Source: Camelus dromedarius (Eukaryota). From it: a stretch of DNA of 64,000 bases. Location of the stretch: the NCBI RefSeq assembly GCF_036321535.1, contig NC_087447.1:45260001-45324000 (forward strand), given 5' to 3'. A program made the position numbers and the translations under genes. The notes under the pieces were generated by a model. That model was not told the DNA's origin, did no database searches, and was given only the letters and a program-made list of their open reading frames with translations. This document shows, piece by piece, positions 47,102 to 57,075 of this stretch (its first letter is position 1; every line of letters starts with the position of its first letter).

Positions 47102-49316
47102 CTGCTAACATATTTGCCCATGCACATACTACCAACACTTGCTGAAATCCTGTCTGAACTTCCCTGTTGTGAACTATTTATTCAGCCACTGCTGATCTTA
47201 CAGGGATCTCACTGTTACATGGTGATCATTATTAAGTTCTTCTTTTTCCCGAACAGCTATGACCAATCCACACTCCTTTCTGCCACATAGGACCTGTATC
47301 TTATAGGACCTGTATCTTACAGGACCATGGCAACACAGAGTCCTGGACTTACTAGAAAATCTCTGCAACTTTCTTTTCCCACAAGGATTCAAATACAATC
47401 ACCAAGTGCCCTGATGTCTTCTCTCTAAGCGAGTTATCATTATGTTAAGTGCTACAAAAGAAAAGTTCAGAAGCCAATAGGAAGGAACTAGAGGGGAAAA
47501 CTTACTTTATTCTAAGAATCAGGGAATCGTTTCCTCAAAAACTAATATTTCAGCTGAGATCTGAGGAATTAGTAGACTTTTTCTAGGTTAAATGGAGAGG
47601 TTGGGTATAATAAAAGGCAGAAAAAAATTACCACGCCAGTGGGCATATAAAGCCCTACTTTGACAAGAACTGAAAGAAAATAGACAGGAAAGGAAGACTC
47701 TTGATGCACTAGGATATTGAACTGGTGATTTTTTTCATAATTTTTACTCCCATGAAAATATGAGAGGAAAATATGAAATAAAAGACCGCTGCCTGCCTAA
47801 ATGCAGAATCATGGGCTGATGCAATTAACCTCAGCAAATACCAGCTTAGGAGAGACTCTGGGCTGTGGGCTGTGCTAAAGTTTAGGACAGGGAAATTCCA
47901 GAACAAATTATTGACCTCAAGAAATGATCACACATGGCAGAACTTCCTTTGTTTGAGGGACTTGAGGGAAATTTCTGTTCCCTACTTGTTACGGCCTCTT
48001 CTAGTTTTCTCCTCACCTCCAATGCCCAACCCTTTCTTAACCCTTTCAATGAACCAAATATAGGCCTGCCTCTGGGTTGAGCAGCTATTCTCCTGTGGGT
48101 AGCCTCATTGCAACCTTGATCCTATTGCACCCCTATTTCTTGCCTGTCCCATGCCAAGTGACCTGATATTGGAAGAGACATCTCTTGAAGGATACTTGGA
48201 CCTAGCGTCTCCCCTCCCTGTTATCAGCTATCTTCTTTGCCTCTGCACGCTCTTTTGTTTTCTTTCTTTCTTCCTTCTATCCTTTTTGCTTTTTTTTTTT
48301 TTTACAGGGTTCAAGTTTTCTTCAAAAAGATCTTAAAATGTAATTATTTGTCTGAGTTTAGGATTTGTAGGACAAGAACGTTTCACACTGCGAGAGGTTG
48401 AAAGGAAATATTCAGCCTGTAGTCCACTTAGTAAGTCACAACAGATCTGAAGAAAGAAGAGCGTATTATGTGATTCATACTGCATCCCTGGAAGTGGACA
48501 GAATTGGAGATGAACGCTGTGTGCAGAATACCTTCACATACTTAAGCTTTGTGGAGCTTGGTTTCTTTATCTTTAAAGATAGAGGTGTTAAAACCCACCT
48601 CAGAGAGTGGCTTTAAGAGTTTCAGGTGAGCTTTCAGCAACCAATGAATATAACTATTCTCCACTCTTTCTGCCTCCTCTCTCATTCTCAGGAGGCAGAA
48701 AGGAAGGAATCATTCAAAGTCAGGTTGTCCTGGCATTTCTATTGATAATGATTTTTTTTGGTCATTGCTTCACTGATACTCAGGGCACATCTGTGAGGGA
48801 AACAAAGACACAAAGATTTTCCACTTAACAAATGAACATATAAATAAGATATACACATGGCATGACTAATTCAAGCTGTTATGATGACTAAACTATTTCT
48901 AAAATCCACTGCAGTCTCTGACGTCTTTGTTGTATTCTTCACCTACCATCAAGTTTAGGGAAGTTTTCTCTTGTTCTATCACACAAGCTCAGGAAGCTGG
49001 AAAGATGACTACTGAGGAGGGCTAATTGTAGGGTAGAGTTGAGAGTCTTTCTGAAAGCCACTGCTGAAAGCTGCTTCAGGAGGCAGGGCTGGAGATCACA
49101 GGCTCAAGACTCACCACACGCAGAACTGACCTCTGAGCATCAAGTGACACTGGGGAGCCCACTCCTGCAAGTCCCAGCCACACTGGCATCAACATCTCCC
49201 CAGGCCTGGGGCCAAAACGCTGCCTCCTTCTTTGTAAGCTGATCAGCTCTGGGGAGTGGAGGAAGAGAAAGGGATTTGGGTTCCCAGAGGAGCAACTACC
49301 CAGGTAATTAAATCAC

Positions 49317-49613
49317 TTTTTTTTTTCTATTGAAATACAGTCAATTTACAATGTGTTAATTTCTAGTGTACAACATTGTGATTCAGATATATATATATAT
49401 TCCTTTTCATTATAGTCCATTACAAGGTACTGAATATAGTTCCCTACTATACAATAGGACCTTGCTATTTATCTGTTTTATATATAGTAGTTTTTATCTG
49501 CTAATCCAAACTCCCAATTTATCCCTTCCCACCCTCTTTCCCCCCACTAACCATAAGTTTGTTTTCCATGTCTTTGAGTCTTGTCTCTGTTTTGTATATA
49601 AGTTCATTTGTGC
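49317..49613 (-). mobile_element. L1 3' end fragment
   Basis: Poly-T followed by antisense L1 3' UTR similar to 43165-43500. Confidence 0.8.
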
Positions 49614-49841
49614 CCTTTCACTCCTTGTCAATGTCCAGGGATCCTTGAAAGAAATGAGCAAGTGTACAGAGTCAGTACCTCTATGAAATGAATATAATAA
49701 TAATAATATACATCGCTGACATGTAAGTCGCTTAGAAAAGTATCTGGCTTGTAAAAAATGCACCATAAGGGCTAGCTACTGTTATAACTCTTATAGGACA
49801 ATTATATCATGGAGAAATAATATATTACTATTATTATTAAA

Positions 49842-50420
49842 ATTCCTAATTTATCCCTCCCTTCCCTTTCCCTTTTGGTAACCATACATTTGTTTTCTAT
49901 GTCTGTGAGTCTCTTTCTGTTTTGTAAATAAGTTCATTGGTGTCAAACTATTTTAGATTCCACATACAAGTAACATCATATGCTATTTTTCTTTCTCAGA
50001 AATTTGTGGCTTACTTCACTTAGTATGACAATCTCCAGGTTCATCCATGTTGTTGCAAATGGCATGATTTTATTCTTTTTATGGCTGAGTAGTATTCCAT
50101 TATTTATATATATACACCACAACTTCTTTATCCAGTCATCTGTCAGTGGGCATTAAGGTTGTTTCCATGTCTTGCTATTGTACATAGTGCTGCTGTGAAC
50201 ATTGAGGTACACGTATCTTTTTGAATTAGAGTTATCTCTGGATATATGCCCAGGAGTGGGATTGCTGGATCATATGATGAGTCTATTTTCAGTTTTTTAA
50301 GGGACCTCCATAGTGGCTGCACCAATTTACATTCCCACCAACAGTGTAGGAGGGTTCCTTTTTCTGCACACTCTCTCCAGCATTTATTGTTTGTAGACTT
50401 TTTGATGATGTATATTTTGA
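49842..50420 (-). mobile_element. L1 fragment (ORF2 C-terminus and part of 3' UTR)
   Basis: The minus-strand ORF fragment [32 protein letters not shown]...[12 protein letters not shown] is the L1 ORF2 C-terminus. Confidence 0.88.
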
Positions 50421-50469
50421 TTGCTCTCATTTAGATGACAGAAGCAGATTGTATTTAGGTGACAAAAGC

Positions 50470-51467
50470 AGACGAGTAATTTTGATTTTCAAGTCTCATT
50501 ATTTCTGAAATACAGATTGTAAGGTTATAGCTGCCATAGATAGTGATTCCTCTGAGGATCTGGGTAAAGAAAATTGAAAAGAAAAAAAAAACTTCTGGAA
50601 AATATTCATCATTCTAGATACCATAAAGAACATTCCTGATTCACTGGAAGAGGTCAAGATGTCAACATTAACAGGAGTTTGAAAGAAATTTCAACCCTCA
50701 TGCATGACTGAGGGGTTCAAGTCTTCAGTGAAGAAGTCTAACTGCAGATGTGGTGGAACGAGCAAGAGAACTAGGACCAGAAGTGGAGCCTGAAGATGTG
50801 ACTGAGTTGCTGCAACCTCACGATAAAACTTCAGTGGATAAGGAACTGCTTCTTACAGATGAGCAAAGCAGGTTTCTAGAGATAGAATCTACTCCTGGTG
50901 AAGATGCTGTAAGGGACATTGAAGGATTTTGAATTTTATAAAAAAACAGAAAAACAAAAAACTTGGTTGATAAAACAGTGGTCAGGTTTGAGAGGACTGA
51001 TTCCCACTTTGAAATAAGTTCTCCTGTGGGTAAAATGCTATCAAACAGCACTGCCGCCTAAGGAGAAATGCTTCATGAAAGGAAGGGTCAATTGATGCAG
51101 TAAACTTCATTGTGCCTGTCTTTAAGTAATTGCCACAGCCACCCCAACCTTGAGCAACCACCACCCTGATCATATGGTAGCTATCAAAGGGAGGCAGATG
51201 CTTCACCAGCAAAAAGACTAAGACTCATTGAAGGTTTAACTAGTGGTTAGCCTTCTTTAACAAGAAAATATTTTTAATTAAGGCATATACATAGTTTTTG
51301 AGACATATTTCTATTGCACACTTAATAGACTACAGTATAGTGTAAACATAACTTTTATAGACATTGATAAACCAAAAAACAAAAAATAGTGTGACTAGCT
51401 TTATTGTGACAATTGCTTTATTGCAGTGGTCTGGAACCTAACCTACAATATCTCCGAGACATGCCTG
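50470..51467 (+). mobile_element. Tigger1 DNA transposon, 3' part
   Basis: Transposase-remnant sequence (gatagtgattcctctg..., gaagtggagcctgaagatgtgactgagttgctgcaa). Right TIR caatatctccgagacatgcctg is followed by TA. Confidence 0.85.
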
Positions 51468-51475
51468 TATATTAC

Positions 51476-51477
<2 letters not shown>

Positions 51478-51537
<60 letters not shown>
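51478..51537. repeat. (TA)~30 microsatellite next to the Tigger1 end
   Basis: Direct reading. Confidence 0.93.
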
Positions 51538-51540
<3 letters not shown>

Positions 51541-53071
51541 CATACATATTGTATCATATTTATTGTATTGTATTGTATTAATTTATCAGATTCAGATTAA
51601 AATCACAGTCACCTTTCTATTTAATTAGCAGATAAAATGTATTAAAAGAAAAATAACTGATTAGAAACAAAATCCAGATACAGCCTGATGAAGTAAAAAA
51701 TTATCTCTTTTTGGATGATATAAACATAAGGGTCAAGGAAATACATGTAGACTTGTATTAATTCATTCAATAAAGAATTTATTCGCCAAATATTTATTGA
51801 GTGACTGGTATATTCCAGAGACTATGGGGGTACCTAGTGAAGAAAAGAGACACAGTCTATGCCTTACTGAGCTTAGAATGTACTAGACAAGAGAAACTTA
51901 AAAAAAAAAAGACAGTGCAAAGATAATTACTTCATTACAATTGTGACGTGTGGCATGAGACAAACAACAAGAAACAAAAAACGCAACTAGTCTTCACAGT
52001 CGCTTCAGGCTACTGTGAGGGAGATAGGGACACAGATCCAGGCCCTTACAAATCCAAAGAAAACAGGTGCTCGGGACACTTCCACCTCCTGTGTTATCCC
52101 GCTAACACTCGGTCTGCAACATCTACATCAGGTCGGCTTCTGAAGCCTCACATTTCAAATTCTTCAGCCAACTAAGGATATCGAGCATTAGCAGACTTTC
52201 CTTTTTGCTTTCCGCTTCATCTTAATAGCTATGCACAGTACATTTCTCCAGTAAGGTCTCAGCAGAGGAATTAGTGTGATTGCCCAAAGTCAGCATCCCT
52301 CAAGAACCTTACAGTTTCCTGATTTACAAATGTCTTCCCTCCAGGCTTATTCTCAACATGTATTCTCAGTTATAGAGCTTTGCTCTTAGTACCTAGTTTC
52401 TTCCAATTGTCCCAAGGTTTAAACAGGCTTTTGGTGTAAAGATAAATATATGTGTAGATACATAATTGTATATATACAATAATTATGTATATATTTATAA
52501 CAGAAGAAAGTGTTAACTGTATTATTCTTAACATTTTATAAGCAATGCAGATAAGGTAAGAATTCCTTTTGTTCCTCTCTTCACTGTCACAGACTCCCTC
52601 AAAAGAGTTATTATTGTTATCAGTTTAGGGGGTGCTTTTACAGATACAAACAAATTGATGCTTTTATGTGATTAAATTGTTATACAACAATTACGTGTAT
52701 ATATATAAATATATATAATTTGCTATATCTTGCTTAAGCCTATCAATCTGGGTCTTCTTTTTTTCTGCAAAATATTCCATAGTATGGACAGATTCTAACT
52801 CATTTAACTGTTTACCTGTTGACTGCCAGTTAGTTTTCTTTTTTAAATCTTATTTCAAGCATTGCTGAAGTGAAAATTCTTATTCAAGACCATGCGTCCA
52901 TGAAGAAGCATGAGAGTATGAATCTAGGGCAGCACTAAGAACTGGAATTTCTGGGTTAAAGAGCATGTGCTATGTGAGTTGACACATACACCAAAATAGG
53001 TGATAAAATACTGAACAGCACTAATTTAGATTACAACGTGTAGTGTATGAAAATGCACGTCCTCTACACAT

Positions 53072-53782
53072 TCAGCAACATGCAGCTTTATCAAGCTTTC
53101 CAACTTTGAGGGTGATGAGTGCTCCCTTCTTCCCTGGGGCAGAGGGGGATCCTGTAGGAGAGCAGGATGAAGAGAACGTCCGCGCCCATGGCCAGCATGA
53201 TGAGGCCCAGCCAGCAGAGTCAGAGCGGGCCAGGCGGATCATGTCCTGGTGAAGGCAGTGAGCATGGGGCAGTGCCCCAGGGTGACAGTAGTCAAATCTC
53301 AGGAGGTGCAGTGATGGTGCCGCCGTGATGGCGGCACTCTGAGTGCCCAGCATGACCCAGGCCAATGCCACACGAGGACCCATGAGCACAGACGCATAGC
53401 GCAGTGGGAATCGGATGGCCACCAGGTGGTCCAGAGCCATAGCAAAGAGCACGGCTGACTCCACGAAGGAGAAGGAGTGCAGGGAGTGCTGCTGCAGAAT
53501 GCAGGGCGCCGAGCCCCAGCGCACCCAGCACTGGGGGCGGCGTGCACCGGCACAGGCCAAGTCCGTCACAGCCAGGTTGGCCAGGAAGTAGTACATGGGC
53601 TGGTGGAGGGAAGGGTCAGTTCGTACCAGGTGCCAGATGGTGGCACTCCCCAGCAGGGCCACCAAGTGTCCTACAAAGGCAGGCAGTGAGATCCAGTGGT
53701 GAGCCCACTGCAGACCTGGGAAGCCTGTCAGCAGGAACACAGAGAAACTCCAGTTGGCACTTGCTAGGGTGAACATCTCCAT
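53072..53782 (-). pseudogene. Class I olfactory receptor pseudogene, OR51AI2-like (mouse Olfr632-like)
   Basis: TGFPGLQWAHHWISLP, LHQPMYYFLA, LQQHSLHSFSFVESAVLFAMALDH and HAHCLHQDMIRLA are recognisable. TM2-ECL1 is scrambled and shortened, there is a frameshift before TM5 (IMLAMGADVLFILLSY reads in another frame), and TM6-TM7 are absent. Confidence 0.9.
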
Positions 53783-54792
53783 TCTCCAGAAGCTGCTTTG
53801 CTCTGTGAAAGGCGGTGGCGGGTGTGTTGAGGGTTACTAGGCCAGTAAGCACGAGATGCCCTGCTGTCTTAGGGCGGCAGTCCCCTGCTGGCCGGCCTGG
53901 CCTCTCTGCACGCTCGGGGACTCAGTGACCTATCAGTTAACCCCTGCCTTCATAAGCAGTCTGTCCTCTTCCTGCTTTCTCCCTCTTTCTCTTATTCCCA
54001 TCGAGTCTTTTACTTACCCCTGTGACATTAAACATCAACAAGGGTTTTCTCTGCTCTTCTTTTGGACCAGCTAGTGAAAGGCAGTTTTTTTTTTTTTAAC
54101 TTCTCTTAGAAAAATCTATATAGCTCAACCTTCACAGAATGCTCAGATGCTCAGAAATGTTGTTACTCCCAAATTGCCTTCTCTATTTGGCCTTACCTCT
54201 TCAAGCTTTTTCTGTAGAAGAATTTATCTCTAATTTTTCTAAGCAAAATGAGGATGCCTGTAGAGAGCTTCCTCATGCAATCTGCTCTTCACTTTATCTC
54301 CTTATTGTCATTCTGTGACCCTTTCCACATGTCTGTATGATTGGGAGAAGTTGTATCTTGCTTCTCTCTTAGCTCAACCCCTTTCAAAGAACCCAGAACT
54401 CACTAGTGAGTATCTCATGCCTCAAGCATCTTCTCAGGTCCTCTGAGAACCTCGTTCTTCCTCTCACTGAGTCACACTAATTCATCCTGTAGTGTCTTCA
54501 TTGTTAAAAGCTGTTACCTTTACTCTAAGTCCTGAAATTTCTTTTTTTTAACAAATCTAATTTAAGAGGGGACTGACGTGTCTGCTCCCTTAGTTTTTTG
54601 TTTCTGTTTCTGTTTTTGTTTTGGTCTCTGTGTTTTCAAAGTTATCTCTCCTTAAAAACCAAGCTGGATGTCTGACACAACTCACAAAATTTTAATAAAT
54701 CAGGTAAACTTATTAGAGCAATGTTTCCTAAATAGGTATTGCAAAAAGCAACTATCAGAATGTGTACCTTGAAACAGAAGCAACAAAGACAA

Positions 54793-54910
54793 GGGGAGGG
54801 TATAGCTCAAGTGGTAGAGCACATGCTTAGCATGCATGAGGTCTTGGGTTCAATCCCCAGTACCTCCATCAAAAAACTAACTAAATAAGTAAAATTAATT
54901 ACCTCTCCCT

Positions 54911-54945
<35 letters not shown>

Positions 54946-54972
54946 ATTTAAAAACAAAATGTTAAAAAAAAA
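54793..54972 (+). mobile_element. tRNA-Ala-derived SINE (camelid vic-1 type)
   Basis: ggggagggtatagctcaagtggtagagc...gggttcaatccccagtacctcca has A and B boxes, then a poly-A tail. Perfect 15-bp TSD AAGCAACAAAGACAA at 54778-54792 and 54973-54987. Confidence 0.9.
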
Positions 54973-55611
54973 AAGCAACAAAGACAAAGCCTGTTCCTTG
55001 CTCAAATCAGTTTATTAAATACTGAAATGCAGGGGTACCTGGCTAGAGGCTCACAAGACAAGCCCTGCTATGCCGGATCTCAGTGTCTGATATAATATTT
55101 GCTTCTGTATTCTCACCTGTAAAATAATGGTAATGATGCCTTCTAATCAAAGAATGAATGTGTTTTAATTGGCACACCGTGTGCACAGAATTTAGCACTA
55201 GGTCTGGAATGTAAAAAACAATAAATGTTACTGCTCCCAAACCAAACACTGATTTTCTTGTAATTTTTTCCCATTGTCTGTAGTGTCTCTTATTATACAG
55301 AAATAAACTCCGATCTCCTCTTTAAAATGAGAGCATATTGGATCTCAGCATAAGGTGCCATATGACTTTGAAAAACTGAGGATCTATTGAGGGAGGAATT
55401 GAGGGACAGTGATAAAAGGGGATCCTGAGGAAGAGATCACAGCTTACACTGAGGGACAGAAAGCAAGGCTAAGGGACAGACTGAAGGATGAGGCTGAGCA
55501 ACAGAAGAAGGTATAGTGAGGGTCAGATGGGGGAGAATGAAAGGCAGTAAAATGGTGGACTTAATAAAAACATGCTGAGAGGCAAAGATGGAGATAATCA
55601 TGGTTCAAGAA

Positions 55612-56296
55612 TGCTGGAAAACAAGCTGCTCAAAAACAAGCCGCTGGTAAACGAACAGCTGGAAAACAAGCCACACCTAAATTTCCATGAGCTAAAAATA
55701 TTATACTCACACTTGCTTGCTTAACATGCACATGCTTTGTTTTAATGTGTTATGCAGTAGATGACCTATAGCACATATTATGCTAAAGAAAACTTGGGGT
55801 GAGCAATCCTGAGATTGACTATAAGGGCATGAAGGAGGGCAGATACTTCCTTAGGGTGAAACAACGATGGTCCTGGAAAGCCAGATCACCCATTAACAGA
55901 CCTTTGTTCTGGCATGAAAGCATGCGGTTAAGCCCAGGGGAAATATTTGCTATCTCAAGATGTCCTGGAGGCAACAACAGGATAGATTTAGAAATTTTGC
56001 ATACCCTGAGGAGGGTGATTGTTCCTGGAAGGGATAGGCCTGAAATTAATCAGTTAAACAGCAAGCAGAACTTGGTGCTTCTCGCATGGGATATCTAAAG
56101 CCCCACCTCTTTGATCGCATTTTTCTCTGAGCTATATACTCCTAATAAATATGCTGTCGACCAGGCTTTCGGGACTCTGGACCCACGAGATCTTGAGACC
56201 CCTAGTCCCATCTTTGCTCTTTACTCTTTCTCTTTGTTTCTTAAGTCTTGCGTCACCTGTCCTCAGACGCGGTCCTGAGTTGTGCTGGACGCAGCA
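55612..56296 (+). mobile_element. Solo ERV LTR, copy 2 (same family, 6-bp TSD)
   Basis: Termini TGCTG...CAGCA and a perfect 6-bp TSD CAAGAA (55606-55611 and 56297-56302). A 6-bp TSD is typical of class II ERVs. Confidence 0.88.
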
Positions 56297-56899
56297 CAAG
56301 AAGCGGGGAGGCAGGAAGACCATACAGTGAAAGAAGAAAGGGGTGACGAACGCGTCTGTGAAAGATGGTGAGTGTCACAGAGAAAGGGGGTTGTGTAACT
56401 TAGCTGAAGCAATGGGAGAGCAGAAAATAAGGGGGGATGCGAGGCAGAAAGGGATGGTGTGAAGGGCCTGGAGAATGGGGAAGCTAAGGTCGGAGGGAAG
56501 GACTTTGCTGAAAGACTGAGAGGAGGGAGGAGGATGACAGAAAGACAGAGAGAAAACTAGGGGGCAAAAAACACGGGCTGAGGAACTGTGAAGGGGAAAG
56601 CCAAGCGATACATTGGCAGGAAGCTCAGGGACTCAGAGTGGATGTTGAGAGGCAGAGGGAGAAACAGAGAAAGAGGTGGAGAGGCGGAGTGGGGAGTCAG
56701 GTAAAAGAGGGGAGCCTGAGGAGAGGAATCTCTTGTGAGACAACAAGGAAAGAAAGGGCAGGTCTAGGCAGCAGGGAGGATGGGAAGTGGAGGAGGAGGC
56801 GGTCAGACACCAGGGGACTGATGCAGGGAAGCATTAGGAACAGGGAGAGGATGGGGAGCTGGGTCTCTCACAGCCCTTTGTTCAGGCTTCTCAACTCTA

Positions 56900-57075
56900 G
56901 ACAGGGTTTCATTAGGCAGTGCAGTGGTTGAGGACATAGCTCTCGACCCGAGAATCAGATCTGCACTCCAAGCACAGCTTCAGCATTGACGAGCTCAGTG
57001 ACTGTGCAAGCCGCTTGCTTAGTCTCAGTTTCCTCATCTGGAAAACTGGGACGACAACACTGTCGTTAGGTTATA
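56900..57075 (+). mobile_element. MIR
   Basis: gcagtggttgaggacatagctct...ctcagtttcctcatctggaaaactggg. Confidence 0.7.

Noticed and set aside
50750-51212. ORFs with acidic, transposase-like text
   Set aside because: They are fragments of a decayed Tigger1 element, not an intact or domesticated transposase.
54793-54868. Possible tRNA-Ala gene
   Set aside because: It is followed by a SINE body, poly-A tail and a 15-bp TSD, so it is a retroposed SINE rather than a tRNA locus.
11570-56296. A single provirus or segmental duplication spanning the two LTRs
   Set aside because: Each LTR has its own flanking duplication, the flanks are unrelated, and no gag/pol/env sequence lies between them.
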